A DNA stretch of 64,000 nucleotides. Source: an uncultured Gammaproteobacteria bacterium. GTDB taxonomy: Bacteria; Pseudomonadota; Gammaproteobacteria; Xanthomonadales; Xanthomonadaceae. The stretch is taken from NCBI GenBank assembly GCA_965368785.1, contig CBDUOG010000004.1, forward strand, positions 3,550 through 67,549, written 5' to 3'. The translations under genes were made by a program, and so were the position numbers. How positions within the stretch are numbered: position 1 is the stretch's first letter; each line of letters begins with the position of its first letter. Below are positions 30,967-41,646 of the stretch, piece by piece. Below the pieces are notes generated by a model, which made no database searches, was not told where the DNA came from, and saw nothing but the letters and a program-made list of their open reading frames with translations.

Positions 30967-31706
30967 TCGCGGATTACCTGATCATGGGCGGTACGTAATC
31001 TTTGCATGCCTTCGTGGATGGATTCCTCACTGACCTGCCCGCGATACTTTATTAAATGCCGCTCCAGCCGGGCTAAGACATCCTCAGTCCAGCCTCCAAC
31101 ATTCGATTCAATCCGCGCCTTATCCCAATCGATGATGTAGATTCTTCCATCGCGGCCCAGCAACACATTGCTCGCATTGAGATCGACGTGGTGACACCGA
31201 TGCAGGTGGAACCGGGCAATGCACTGGCCCAAAGCCTCCCACGGCGCATGGTATGGGTCGGCGTGTACCGCTGCCTGAAAATCTGATTTTGCATCAATCT
31301 CACGCATTAAAAGGGCCGCTCGATAAAACCAGCCGTCCTTCCATACCGCCGCCGCTAAAGGCTCCGGAACCGGCAATTTAAGCGCCACCATGCCTTGCAG
31401 CAGCTTAAATTCAGCAAAGCTACGCACCCTGCCCTCGCCTTTCCACAAAAAACGATCAGCGCTGAGCTTGGCAGCCAGGCCTCCTCTTCGGTAGCGCCTG
31501 AGCACCGCGCGACCAAATGGCCCGCTAACCCGGAAATTTCCGCCGCGACCTGCTTCGGCGATGTGTTGCGCCGATCCACCCCAGTGATCAGCCTCAAACC
31601 AAGCCGGCAATACCCCTTCCATATGGCGCTGATCGAGCCAGACCCGCACTTCCGAGCCGTCGACCCGGAACGCTTGCATCCGATATTGAGGTACGCTGTC
31701 TCTCAT
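30963..31706 (-). CDS. kdkA: 3-deoxy-D-manno-octulosonic acid kinase
   Basis: GRGG, VLRRYRRGGL, RSFAEF, HVDLNASNVLL, IIDWD. Confidence 0.92.
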   Translation of the reverse strand: MRDSVPQYRMQAFRVDGSEVRVWLDQRHMEGVLPAWFEADHWGGSAQHIAEAGRGGNFRVSGPFGRAVLRRYRRGGLAAKLSADRFLWKGEGRVRSFAEFKLLQGMVALKLPVPEPLAAAVWKDGWFYRAALLMREIDAKSDFQAAVHADPYHAPWEALGQCIARFHLHRCHHVDLNASNVLLGRDGRIYIIDWDKARIESNVGGWTEDVLARLERHLIKYRGQVSEESIHEGMQRLRTAHDQVIRE

Positions 31707-31738
31707 TCCGCTAGTTTAGCAAGCATTCTTAGAAAACC

Positions 31739-32776
31739 GTGCCTGACCCGATCCAATCCATTTGTATTTTGCGCCTGTCCGCACTCGGAGACGTAACCCA
31801 CGTCGTGCCGCTGATTCGGGCGATTCAAAAAGCCTCTCCTAAAACTCAGATCACCTGGGTCATCGGGAAAACCGAAGCACGCTTTTTGAGCGCGCTTGAG
31901 GGTGTCGAATTTATCGTCTTCGACAAAGCGGGCGGCCTGAAGTCGATATTGCAGCTGCGCAAGCAACTTGCCGGTCGCAGCTTTGATGTCTTACTGCATA
32001 TGCAGCTTGCGTTGCGCGCCAATATTTTATCGAGCCTGATTTCGGCGAAACGAAAGATCGGCTACGACACCCAACGCAGTAAAGAGGGTCATGGCCTATT
32101 TGTGAGTGAACGCATCAGTGCCGGCGGCTTCCATGTACAGGACGCATTCCTGCAATTTCTCGCGCCCTGCGGCATTGAGCCGGGCAAACTGGAATGGTGC
32201 CTGCCTACATCGGAGAGCGATCGGGCATGGGCGCAACAACACATCCCCGACCAACAGGCCACACTGCTCATATCACCGTGCTCCAGCCACCGCTTGCGCA
32301 ACTGGCACGCTTCCGGTTACGCCGCCTTAGCAGACCACGCCCACAGCAAAAGTTGGCGAGTCATTTTATGCGGTGGTCGCAGTGCGATCGAACGCGCCGC
32401 CGGCGATGAAATTTTAAGCCGAACGCAGGCACCCGTTATCGACCTGATCGGCAAAGACACGTTTGGACAGTTCTTAGCGCTTTGCGCCAGAGCCAAATTG
32501 TTTGCCGGCCCCGATTCCGGCCCGGTACATATGGCCAATGCCATGGGCCTTAAAGTCCTGGGGTTGTATGCATGCACCAATGCTAAGCGCAGCGGCCCCT
32601 ATTCAGACCTTCGCTACACGATTAACCAGTACGAGCTGGCCGCACAACGCTTTGAACGGAAACCGGCCGATCAGCTCCCCTGGGGTAAGCGGATCGAGCA
32701 CCCGGGCGTAATGGACCTCATCAGCATCAATGACGTGCTCGACACATTCGACCGCTTTTGCGCTGATCAATTCTAG
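31739..32776 (+). CDS. Glycosyltransferase family 9 (LPS core, OpsX/heptosyltransferase-like)
   Basis: RLSALGDV, PDSGPVHMA; divergent from kdkA. Confidence 0.92.
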   Translation: MPDPIQSICILRLSALGDVTHVVPLIRAIQKASPKTQITWVIGKTEARFLSALEGVEFIVFDKAGGLKSILQLRKQLAGRSFDVLLHMQLALRANILSSLISAKRKIGYDTQRSKEGHGLFVSERISAGGFHVQDAFLQFLAPCGIEPGKLEWCLPTSESDRAWAQQHIPDQQATLLISPCSSHRLRNWHASGYAALADHAHSKSWRVILCGGRSAIERAAGDEILSRTQAPVIDLIGKDTFGQFLALCARAKLFAGPDSGPVHMANAMGLKVLGLYACTNAKRSGPYSDLRYTINQYELAAQRFERKPADQLPWGKRIEHPGVMDLISINDVLDTFDRFCADQF

Positions 32777-32782
32777 CCGGCG

Positions 32783-33199
32783 CTAACTCGCGTCCGGACG
32801 GCCGGCACTGCCGTAATCCTGATAGCTCTTTTCTTCGACGAACTTTGAACCCAGCGCGAGATTGATCTTCTTTTTGACGTTGGCCCGGTCATCGTTAACG
32901 AAATAGACTGAGCGCGCCAATCGAACAAACTCCTCATCAAAGGACTGTGCTTTTTCCTTGATTCGAATATCGTCTTCAATCACCCACAAGGTTTCATTGA
33001 TGCGTTTGAGTTCAGCGCGCAGTTCAATGATGTCTACCTTCGATGCCGGATGCGCTGCCCACGTTTGATTAAGCGCGTCGAGCTCAGTGCGTACGTTGGC
33101 CAGTTTGGCCTGATCGCTCATACGCTCTGATTTAATTTCCAGAATCGCCATCTTATCGAGCAATTCACCAAAGGAAACGGGGACTGAAATCTCAGACAT
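32783..33199 (-). CDS. Conserved small protein (DUF6165-like)
   Basis: PVSFGELLDKMAILEIK, LWVIEDDIR, ARSVYFVND.R..K..IN, EEKSY. Confidence 0.85.
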   Translation of the reverse strand: MSEISVPVSFGELLDKMAILEIKSERMSDQAKLANVRTELDALNQTWAAHPASKVDIIELRAELKRINETLWVIEDDIRIKEKAQSFDEEFVRLARSVYFVNDDRANVKKKINLALGSKFVEEKSYQDYGSAGRPDAS

Positions 33200-33681
33200 A
33201 GCTAATTCCGACAGAAGTACTTAGCGCATTCTACCGCGTAGCCGCCAGACGCGTCGTGCCGGATTAAATGAGTTCTGTGAGGATCTATCGCGCAATTAGA
33301 GGATGATCCGGAGTCGCTGGCCTTATCACCCTTGATTCGCACAGACGGGCTGCAGCTTGGAGCGATTTTCTGATGCCCCAAAAACCAAATCCCGAACCCG
33401 GACATTGACTGTCCAAGATCGGGATTGGCAGGCCCTCAGCGACCTGAAGACCAACATACTCCTGATTTATCCCAAATTCCAGTGTCGTCGGCGCCAGCTA
33501 GGCCCGCTAACAGGGCGTTTGATTGGCCGCGTGAAGCCGCGCACAAAATTTCCGTATTTGATTTGCTGAATCAGTTACTTAGTGACGTTTTTTTACTAGA
33601 CGCCTTTGCGCATTAGCCGATGTTCGAAAACCGATAACGATCTGCGCGCTCGAGCACATGGACAGAGCGGTGACGATCGCT

Positions 33682-33798
33682 CGGATTAAATCGGCCCGAG
33701 CTAAGTGGAGGCCAATGGCTCCGACTGATATCAAACCTGCGTGCTGAGCGGGCCGCATTTGGCGGTCCAGGCTGTGCTTCGCCCAGTCTGTCGAACCC
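33682..33798 (-). repeat. Degenerate RtT-like element, copy 2
   Basis: Shares gcgggccgc..tggcggtccag..ctgtcgaaccc with the copy at 33962-34053. Confidence 0.6.
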
Positions 33799-33961
33799 AA
33801 TTAGGTTGCGAAGCAAGCGGGACTTCGACAATGCGCTAGGCCGGCTTCGAACAGGTCTGATCCCAAAAGATGCGTGCAAAATATGGCTCAACTCGAAGCG
33901 AGGCTTCGAACCCCTCCCTCTCAAAGCAAAAAAGCGCCACAAGGGCGCCAAACTCTTCGAA

Positions 33962-34082
33962 GGTCGGGATTGATTCGGTGCGTTCCGCACCTCATCCGCT
34001 GCGCGGGCCGCCTCTGGCGGTCCAGATCGAGCGATGCTCGATCTGTCGAACCCTACATATTTATTACCGAGGGTTCGAACCC
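33962..34082 (-). ncRNA. RtT-like structured element downstream of tRNA-Ser(CGA), copy 1
   Basis: Minus strand GGTTCGAC-hairpin-GGAC-hairpin-CCCG..GATGAG-hairpin-GAATCAATCCC; same architecture as the E. coli tyrT repeat as I recall it. Confidence 0.65.
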
Positions 34083-34092
34083 AACCGACGCC

Positions 34093-34223
<131 letters not shown>

Positions 34224-34564
34224 GCAGAGCGCCACATTATACGGCTCCAATAGGCTTCCGCATAGCCTCTAAACGACCTGAAGTGAAAAAGAAATCGGTT
34301 CGATTTAGCGCACAGACAGGGCCCGCCGAGAAAACCATTTAAATCTGAGCCTTTTACACGAGTCGTCCTGAACCCATCACATTCTACGTTGGCCAACTTA
34401 TAGAAAGCCCGGTCTTTGCCTGTAAGCCGGCGAGCTCAGGACGACCCAGCAGAAAGATTCTCGGCCAGACCGCGCGAATCTCAATAATTCGAGCTCTGAT
34501 CTGCGGAAAGTTCCCCGAAAGAGTTCGAATTAGTTAGACTTTAAGTGATCATCAAGGAGCCTTA

Positions 34565-35266
34565 ATGATTGAATTTGGTCATTTGAGCCACGTTGGGCTT
34601 AGACGCGAGCTAAATGAAGACACCTACTATGGCGACGCCGATCTGGGCCTGTGGCTCGTCGCAGATGGCATGGGTGGTCATGACTACGGTGAAGTCGCGA
34701 GCGCCATCGCGCGAGAAACCATTGTTAGCGAAATTCGCGCTGGCCGTTCTATCAGCGAAGCGATCCGTAAGGCAGATGAAGAAATAATAAAAGCATCATC
34801 CGAGCGCGGTGAAAGCTTGCCCATGGGCACAACCATCGTCGTGGTGCGGGTAAACAACAAAAAATTTGACCTGGCCTGGGTTGGCGATAGCCGCGCCTAC
34901 TTGTGGGACGGTGAGCTCACCCAGATATCCTCAGACCACAGTTATGTGCAAGAACTGATTGATCAAGGCGCGATCACCTCCGAGCAGGCGCGATCGCATC
35001 CGCATCGCAACGTTGTGACTCAAGCCCTTGGCGTGACCGAACCAGATAATTTGAAGATCGAATCCATCGGAGGCGAATTGCGGCCGGGCATGCAAATTCT
35101 GCTGTGTAGTGACGGACTGACTGAAGAGGTCAGCGACGCCCAAATTGCCCGACTCATGGCACACACCGAGTTGAGCGCGCAGGAATGCGTTGATCATCTG
35201 GTCGCCGCAGCGCTGGATGGCGGCGGATCGGACAACATTACCGTGCTACTGCTCAGAGCAACCTAG
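34565..35266 (+). CDS. PP2C-family Ser/Thr protein phosphatase
   Basis: RELNED, VADGMGG, GTT, VGDSRAY, LCSDGL, GGSDNIT. Confidence 0.95.
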   Translation: MIEFGHLSHVGLRRELNEDTYYGDADLGLWLVADGMGGHDYGEVASAIARETIVSEIRAGRSISEAIRKADEEIIKASSERGESLPMGTTIVVVRVNNKKFDLAWVGDSRAYLWDGELTQISSDHSYVQELIDQGAITSEQARSHPHRNVVTQALGVTEPDNLKIESIGGELRPGMQILLCSDGLTEEVSDAQIARLMAHTELSAQECVDHLVAAALDGGGSDNITVLLLRAT

Positions 35267-35290
35267 CCACCCACACGCATTAAAGTCAGA

Positions 35291-35992
35291 TCACCACGAC
35301 CAATTGGTCCCGGCCTTTTTGTTTAGATCATTGAGCCGCTTTTCATGTTCTGCAATGTCCGTCTGGTCCGGCGCTCGTTGAATAAACGAGATACCGGCCA
35401 GCGACTGATTAACATCCAGAACCGTCGCCGAGTCGGATTTCTTGGCACTATCCAATGCCAAGCTCGTTTGGCCGGACGTGAGCGCAATATAGACATCCGT
35501 TAATAACTCGGCATCCAGCAGTGCGCCGTGGACCGTCCGATGCGCGTTGTCCACGCCTAATCGACGACACAAGGCATCCAGAGAGTTTCGCTGACCCGGA
35601 AACCGCTCCCGGGCCAGTTTCAAGCTATCGATCACATCTACTGTGTGATCCCGCATCGCGCCGAAGTGTTTGCCGGCTAACGAGAGCTCGTAATTAAGAA
35701 AGCCGATATCAAACGACGCATTGTGAATTACCAACGTTGAATCGCGAACGAAATCGAGGAACTCATCAATCACTTCTTCAAACTTTGGTTTATCCGACAA
35801 GAAATCCAAATTTAATCCGGTTACTTCTTGGGCACCAACCTCCATCTCTCGACCTGGATTGATATAGCGTTGGAAGGTTCGGCCACTTAAGCGGCGCTCT
35901 ACCAACTCCACACAACCGATTTCGACTACGCGATTCCCGCGCTCCCAGGACAGGCCCGTGGTTTCCGTATCGAGAACTACAATTCGACTCAT
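35291..35992 (-). CDS. dnaQ: DNA polymerase III epsilon subunit
   Basis: LDTETTG, HNASFD, HGALLDA. Confidence 0.98.
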   Translation of the reverse strand: MSRIVVLDTETTGLSWERGNRVVEIGCVELVERRLSGRTFQRYINPGREMEVGAQEVTGLNLDFLSDKPKFEEVIDEFLDFVRDSTLVIHNASFDIGFLNYELSLAGKHFGAMRDHTVDVIDSLKLARERFPGQRNSLDALCRRLGVDNAHRTVHGALLDAELLTDVYIALTSGQTSLALDSAKKSDSATVLDVNQSLAGISFIQRAPDQTDIAEHEKRLNDLNKKAGTNWSW

Positions 35993-36450
35993 CAGGATTT
36001 TGCCTTTGCTATTGCGATTGCCGCATCTCGGGCCAAGGTATCAACACGTTCATTTTCAGGATGTCCGGCATGCGCCTTAACCCATTGCCATTCGATTTGA
36101 TGCTCAGCTACTGCCCGGTCTAATCGCTGCCACAGATCCTGGTTTTTTACCGGGTCACCGCCACTGGTTCTCCAATTACGCAATTTCCAGTTCCGCATCC
36201 ACTCGGTAATACCTTGCTGCACGTATTTTGAATCGGTAACCAATCGCACATCGCAACTATCGCGCAGCGCTTCGAGCGCGCTGATGGCTGCCATCAACTC
36301 CATTCGATTATTGGTCGTTTCAGGCTCTGCGCCCGACAGCTCTTTGTCGTGGCCAGCATAACGCAGTAACGCCGCCCAGCCGCCTGGCCCGGGATTTCCC
36401 AGACAGGCACCATCGGTAAAAATATCAACTTGCTTTCGGCCTTTCGTCAT
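35992..36450 (-). CDS. rnhA: Ribonuclease HI
   Basis: [38 protein letters not shown]. Confidence 0.99.
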   Translation of the reverse strand: MTKGRKQVDIFTDGACLGNPGPGGWAALLRYAGHDKELSGAEPETTNNRMELMAAISALEALRDSCDVRLVTDSKYVQQGITEWMRNWKLRNWRTSGGDPVKNQDLWQRLDRAVAEHQIEWQWVKAHAGHPENERVDTLARDAAIAIAKAKS

Positions 36451-37142
36451 CCGGAAATCGCCTTGGGGGCGATTGCGGTTCGAGGCATATTATTTCGAAT
36501 CATGGTTAAGCCAATTTCGTTTCTTCTGGCCACATGATAATTGAAGCGGCGCATCGGGTTAAGAAACCCGAACCGGTTTTCCGCGTTGGTCACATCCACC
36601 GAACGCTGAGCAGACCACAGTGGCCCGATACCGCCGCTGTTTAGAAGCTTCAAACCATTGGCATGCAAGGCAGCGGTAACACGCATTGAACTAATCAAAT
36701 TGGCTCCACGCCGATGTTCCGCCCACGATTTTAAGCTCAACGGATTCAGCGACACGATGACTAAAAGGCCATTTGGGCGAAGCACGCGCGCGAGCTCGCG
36801 CAAAAACCGCGCTGGGTCATCGCTTTGCTCTAAATTAAATACCGCATATACCAAACTCATGCTGGAACCGACCACCGGCAACTCAAGGTCGTGACATCGC
36901 CAGTTGCCGTCAAGCTGGCCGTTTCGCGACTGCAAATAAAAATTACTGGCAATGCGACCCGGCTTCGGTTTGAAAACGTCTCCACGCCATGGGCTGATCA
37001 CCAAACCGGCATCTCCGGTCGCCGAATTAATCACCTCGAGCAACTCCGTGTGCGCGAGTAAAAAATCTGCCAACAAAATGCGGGCCGACGGCGGTTCAAG
37101 CCAGTGCTCGATTTTTTGCTTGTCTTGCAGCATTGGGCTCAT
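36447..37142 (-). CDS. YafS-like class I SAM-dependent methyltransferase (degenerate N-terminus)
   Basis: LP...[22 protein letters not shown]; canonical position between rnhA and gloB. Confidence 0.8.
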   Translation of the reverse strand: MSPMLQDKQKIEHWLEPPSARILLADFLLAHTELLEVINSATGDAGLVISPWRGDVFKPKPGRIASNFYLQSRNGQLDGNWRCHDLELPVVGSSMSLVYAVFNLEQSDDPARFLRELARVLRPNGLLVIVSLNPLSLKSWAEHRRGANLISSMRVTAALHANGLKLLNSGGIGPLWSAQRSVDVTNAENRFGFLNPMRRFNYHVARRNEIGLTMIRNNMPRTAIAPKAISG

Positions 37143-37191
37143 AGTGAGAATTCTGCGCTAATCTGTCGCCTAGGTCGACCGGAACACTACC

Positions 37192-37968
37192 GTGCCAGAA
37201 CTTCATGCTATTCCTGCGTTCAACGACAACTACATCTGGGCGCTCGCAGAGCACGATGGCGCCTGCCTTCTAGTGGACCCGGGCCAAGCCGAACCGGTAC
37301 TTGAAGCTCTATCGGACGGACTCAGACCGCAAGCAATTTTTCTGACTCATCATCACGCCGACCACATCGGCGGGGCGCAACAGATTGCCGAGCATTGCAA
37401 AATACCGATCTACGCGCCCAAAGATCCGCGAATTAATTTCGCAACACGCATTATCGGTGATGGCGACTACGTGGAGCTCGGCTTTTCAGAGCGGCAGTTC
37501 CGGGTGGCGTCTATTCCGGGGCACACATCCAGCCACATAGCTTTTTATGATCAGGAATACCTGTTCTGCGGCGATACCCTATTCAGCATGGGGTGCGGCC
37601 GCATCTTTGAGGGTACACCGGAGCAAATGCTGGGCTCATTACACACACTGGCTGCTCTTCCGGACCATCTACAGCTATGTTGCGGACATGAGTACACCTT
37701 GGCGAATGGCCGCTTCGCTCAGGCGGCAGAGCCGAATAATCCGCAGCGCGACCGGCGTTTAGCCGAGGTCCACGACTTGCGTTCGCAAAATCGCCCCAGC
37801 CTGCCCTGCACTTTGGCCACCGAAAAAGCCACCAACCCCTTTCTACGTTGCCAATTACCCCCGGTACAAATGCAGGTCGCCAAGGCCACCGGAGGTGAAG
37901 TGGGTGATGAGATCAGCTGCTTTGCCTTGATGCGGTCCTGGAAAGACGGATTCAATCCAGCGCTTTAA
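37192..37968 (+). CDS. gloB: Hydroxyacylglutathione hydrolase
   Basis: DNYIW, THHHADH, PGHT, GDTLF, GHEYT, NPFLR. Confidence 0.97.
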   Translation: MPELHAIPAFNDNYIWALAEHDGACLLVDPGQAEPVLEALSDGLRPQAIFLTHHHADHIGGAQQIAEHCKIPIYAPKDPRINFATRIIGDGDYVELGFSERQFRVASIPGHTSSHIAFYDQEYLFCGDTLFSMGCGRIFEGTPEQMLGSLHTLAALPDHLQLCCGHEYTLANGRFAQAAEPNNPQRDRRLAEVHDLRSQNRPSLPCTLATEKATNPFLRCQLPPVQMQVAKATGGEVGDEISCFALMRSWKDGFNPAL

Positions 37969-38031
37969 ACAGTTGGCCTGATCGCGATAAACGGTCAAAC
38001 TACAGCTCTTTTCCAGTTTGACGGAGTTTTT

Positions 38032-38826
38032 ATGGGCTTTCTCGAAGGCAAACGCGCGCTTATCGTGGGCATCGCCAGTGCGCGCTCAATCGCCTGGGGT
38101 ATTGCAGAAGCGATGCGGAACCAGGGTGCTGAGCTGGCTTTTACCTATCAAAATGACAAACTCAAATCGCGAGTTGAAGAAGCCGCCAATGAATTTGGCA
38201 GCTCAATCGTCATTCCTTGCGATGTTGCCGAAGACAGTTCAATCGATCAGATGTTCGCTGAACTGGGCAAGCAATGGGATGGCTTCGACATCCTGGTGCA
38301 TTCGGTGGGATTTGCGCCGCGCGAAGCGCTCGATGGCGGGTTCTTAGACGGGCTGACCCGAGAAAACTTCCGCATTGCCCATGACATCTCGGCCTATTCC
38401 CTATCGGCGCTGGCAAAAGCCGGGCGCCCTATGATGAAAGGCCGTAACGGCTCAATTCTCACCCTGAGCTATTTGGGCGCAGAACGCGCTCTGGCCAACT
38501 ACAACGTTATGGGCGTGGCCAAAGCCAGCTTAGAGGCCAGTGTGCGTTACCTGGCACTGAATCTGGGGCCGGAAGGTACGCGAGTTAATGCGATTTCGGC
38601 CGGTCCGATCAAGACCTTGGCCGCTGCCGGCATCGGCAACTTCCGTAAGATGCTGGGGCACGTGGAGGAGTACGCGCCGCTGCGTCGCAATGTGACCATC
38701 GAAGACGTGGGCAATGTAGCGGCATTTATGTGTTCCGACCTGGCCGCCGGAGTCACGGGTGAAGTGACCTATGTCGATGCGGGATACAACATTCTGGGTA
38801 TGACCGGAGTGGGCGACGTCTGCTAA
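38032..38826 (+). CDS. fabI: Enoyl-ACP reductase (NADH)
   Basis: [31 protein letters not shown]. Confidence 0.97.
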   Translation: MGFLEGKRALIVGIASARSIAWGIAEAMRNQGAELAFTYQNDKLKSRVEEAANEFGSSIVIPCDVAEDSSIDQMFAELGKQWDGFDILVHSVGFAPREALDGGFLDGLTRENFRIAHDISAYSLSALAKAGRPMMKGRNGSILTLSYLGAERALANYNVMGVAKASLEASVRYLALNLGPEGTRVNAISAGPIKTLAAAGIGNFRKMLGHVEEYAPLRRNVTIEDVGNVAAFMCSDLAAGVTGEVTYVDAGYNILGMTGVGDVC

Positions 38827-38846
38827 ATTCGCGCAAACGATCGACC

Positions 38847-38876
38847 AAAAAAAAGCCCGGATATCCGGGCTTTTTT
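38847..38876. terminator. Bidirectional terminator between fabI and ppiD
   Basis: aaaaaaaagcccgg-atat-ccgggctttttt. Confidence 0.92.
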
Positions 38877-38884
38877 GATCGCGC

Positions 38885-40861
38885 TTATAAGCGCGATTCG
38901 TTAACCGTAATTTTGTATGTACTGCGAAGCGCATCAATAAATGCCTGTGCCTCCAACTGACCTCGCAATTGCGCCAATTGTGTCTTCAACAACCCTTTGA
39001 CGGTCTCGTCGGTATCAGCCGCATCGCCGTCCTGCACGGCACTCACACTCACCAGAGCGAAGCGATTGTTGCCCATATCGGCCAAAGCAATGGCCGGGTC
39101 ACCCTCAACTGCTGCCGGACGTGGAAGGCTGAATGCTTGGGCAACTACCGCCGGATGCGGAACCGCTGATCCACGTGCTGCGGCGCTAACCGACGCCACT
39201 GAACCGCTGATTTCCGTGGCCAGATCAGTCATCGACGTACCGGACTGGGCGCGTTCCAATAAAGCCATTGCGCGGGCCTTGGCTTCCTCGCTACGCAGCT
39301 TCGATTCTAAATCATAGGCAACCTGGTCCCGAACTTCATCGAACGGGCGCAGAACCGACGGCTTGTGCTCGCGAACCTGCAAAATCACCATGTGGTTTAC
39401 ACCGAGCTCGATGTTCTGACTCACCTTACGTTCCTGCAACTGCTCTGCGGCAAAGGCCACTTTACGAACTTCATCTAACGCAGCGATACCCTCACCGCTT
39501 TCGCGAGTGAACATACCGGAGGAGTACACCTCAATGTTCAATTCACTAGCTGCGTTACGCAGCGATGTCGGATCAAGCAGAATTTTATCAATCAATGCGC
39601 CGCCAAGTTCGCTATAGGTGCGCTCACGCTCACTCTCCAGATACTCAGTAGCGAGTTGATCGCGCACTTCCTCAAATGGCTGGCTTTGTGCTTCTAAGAC
39701 CTCACGCACGAATACCACGTGAAGGCCCTGCTGCGTGCGGATCGGATCGGAAACCTCCGACTCGGCCAAACTAGCTACCGGCGCGTCAAACTCTGACGGA
39801 AAAATGCCCGGCTGATAAACGCCAATATCGCCACCGAGTTCGCGCGAGAGCGAATCATCCGAGAACTCCCTGGCCAATGCCGCGAAATCCTCACCTGCAC
39901 GCGCGCGCTGGACCACTGTTTCGGCACGGGCTTGAGCTGCTGCGACGATCGCGGCATCTTTAAAATCAGATACTTCGATCAAAATTTGCGATAAGGTTTT
40001 TTCTGCCGGCCGACCAAAACGCAATGGGTTCTGCTCATAGCGTTCAAGTAAATCTTCTTCTGCCACCACGCCCGTTGTGGGCATTGCGGCAACATCCAAC
40101 TCGACGTAATCAATCGCAACCGTTTCAACCGTGCTATACAGCTGCGGATTATTCTCATAATGCGCCTGAATCTGCTCTTCGCTGATCTCCGGCGCGCTAA
40201 ATGGCGGCTCAATAATCAGCGCGGAGATATCACGGGTCTGCCGTTGCAGACGCAAAAACTCATCCAGTTCGGCATCGGTGACAATTGCACTGCGTCCCAT
40301 GGTTCCAACCAGGCTGGAGGAAACAACTGCTCCGGCGATTTCAGCGTCGAAACTATCCCCGGTATAGCCGCGCACTTGCAGCCACGCCTGATAAGCCTCT
40401 TTGCCAACGAATTTTCCGTTCTCGGTCAGTCCGTCAATTTCTAGAATTCTGTTTCTGATTTGCGACTTGGATGCCCGAATGCCTGCATCTTTGGCAGCCA
40501 GATTGACCAAACGTTCGTCGATCATACGCTCCAGAATCTCGCGCTTCATCGAAAGCGCCAAAAATGCTTCCGCATCGAAAGAGTCGCCTTGCGCCTGTTG
40601 CGTTTCGGAACGCACCCGATTTAAACGATCAGTGAACTCAATGGTCGAAATCGAATCGACCTCCCAGACAAGCTTCCTGACCAACCACCAATCCGGCGCT
40701 GATGTCCACCACGCCGGAGCGCGCTCAATCTTCGCCGCCGAACTATCCATATCCGAGCGAGTCAAACTGTCCAGCCCAAAAAAAGCCATCGCAAACATGA
40801 TCGGCACAAGAATCAAAACGGCAATCCAGCCAGAAGTGTTATCTCTAATTTTTTGCAGCAT
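38885..40861 (-). CDS. ppiD: Periplasmic chaperone/peptidyl-prolyl isomerase D
   Basis: MLQKIRD N-terminal anchor, parvulin domain (FAALAREFSDD..GGDIG); follows hupB and tRNAs. Confidence 0.93.
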   Translation of the reverse strand: MLQKIRDNTSGWIAVLILVPIMFAMAFFGLDSLTRSDMDSSAAKIERAPAWWTSAPDWWLVRKLVWEVDSISTIEFTDRLNRVRSETQQAQGDSFDAEAFLALSMKREILERMIDERLVNLAAKDAGIRASKSQIRNRILEIDGLTENGKFVGKEAYQAWLQVRGYTGDSFDAEIAGAVVSSSLVGTMGRSAIVTDAELDEFLRLQRQTRDISALIIEPPFSAPEISEEQIQAHYENNPQLYSTVETVAIDYVELDVAAMPTTGVVAEEDLLERYEQNPLRFGRPAEKTLSQILIEVSDFKDAAIVAAAQARAETVVQRARAGEDFAALAREFSDDSLSRELGGDIGVYQPGIFPSEFDAPVASLAESEVSDPIRTQQGLHVVFVREVLEAQSQPFEEVRDQLATEYLESERERTYSELGGALIDKILLDPTSLRNAASELNIEVYSSGMFTRESGEGIAALDEVRKVAFAAEQLQERKVSQNIELGVNHMVILQVREHKPSVLRPFDEVRDQVAYDLESKLRSEEAKARAMALLERAQSGTSMTDLATEISGSVASVSAAARGSAVPHPAVVAQAFSLPRPAAVEGDPAIALADMGNNRFALVSVSAVQDGDAADTDETVKGLLKTQLAQLRGQLEAQAFIDALRSTYKITVNESRL

Positions 40862-40956
40862 TATTTATTCGCTCTTAATTTGGATTAGTCCGAAAAGTTC
40901 GGCCCCAATAGTCAGCTATTCTCGCGGTTTCCGGACTACAAAAACAGCCCGTACGA

Positions 40957-40990
40957 CAAAAACAATAAGGGCGCCTCGCGGCGCCCTTAT
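40957..40990 (-). terminator. Terminator after tRNA-Val/Asp
   Basis: ataagggcgc-N6-gcgcccttat followed by tgttttt on the minus strand. Confidence 0.8.
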
Positions 40991-41001
40991 CATTAAAAAA
41001 A

Positions 41002-41078
41002 TGGCGGAGTGGACGGGACTCGAACCCGCGACCCCCGGCGTGACAGGCCGGTATTCTAACCGACTGAACTACCACTCC
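41002..41078 (-). tRNA. tRNA-Asp(GTC)
   Basis: ccggc-ctGTCac-gccgg, CCA. Confidence 0.98.
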
Positions 41079-41087
41079 GCTTTTTTC

Positions 41088-41162
41088 TGGTGGGTGCTGA
41101 GGGTTTCGAACCCCCGACCCTCGCCTTGTAAGGGCGACGCTCTACCGCTGAGCTAAGCACCC
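41088..41162 (-). tRNA. tRNA-Val(TAC)
   Basis: tcgcc-ctTACaa-ggcga, CCA. Confidence 0.98.
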
Positions 41163-41178
41163 TTGGCAAGCAAGACGA

Positions 41179-41451
41179 CTAGTTTAATGCATCCTTAAGG
41201 GCTTTGCCAGCCTTGAATGCAGGATTTTTTGAAGCTTTGATCTTGATGGTTGCGCCGGTTTGCGGGTTGCGACCCTGACGTGCAGCGCGCTTGCGAACAG
41301 AGAAGGTTCCGAAGCCAACGAGGGTTACGGTATCGCCTTTTTTCAGTGCCTTACGGACGGTGTCAATAAAACCGTCAACGGCGCGACCTGCATCTGCTTT
41401 CGACAGTTCGGCTGCGTCAGCAATTGCGGCAATAAAATCAGATTTATTCAT
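41179..41451 (-). CDS. hupB: DNA-binding protein HU-beta
   Basis: [32 protein letters not shown]; true start at 41451. Confidence 0.98.
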   Translation of the reverse strand: MNKSDFIAAIADAAELSKADAGRAVDGFIDTVRKALKKGDTVTLVGFGTFSVRKRAARQGRNPQTGATIKIKASKNPAFKAGKALKDALN

Positions 41452-41566
41452 TCTGGACTCCCTAAGCGGTGAATACCGCGGTTTGATTTTCCGGTTTCCA
41501 CTTTCCGCGGAAAGTGGGTCCGGTTCCATTTCGCCGGGATGTAATTTTTCATCACGGTTGCGCTGA

Positions 41567-41595
41567 TTTATACCAGCGCAGCTCCAAGCGTGCAA
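41567..41595 (-). promoter_or_regulatory. Sigma70 promoter of hupB
   Basis: TTGCAC-17 nt-TATAAA. Confidence 0.7.
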
Positions 41596-41646
41596 TAAAA
41601 AATACCAGCTTTTATGCGGGTTTCAGCGATTTTTGATTATTTTTGC

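Noticed and set aside
33202-33616. Short ORFs (33357-33569, 33425-33616, 33202-33405) as genes or a pseudogene
   Set aside because: No Shine-Dalgarno, motif or consistent frame that I can support.
41498-41517. Perfect hairpin ccactttcc-gc-ggaaagtgg in the hupB leader
   Set aside because: A single stem, adequately explained as an ordinary mRNA-stabilising structure.
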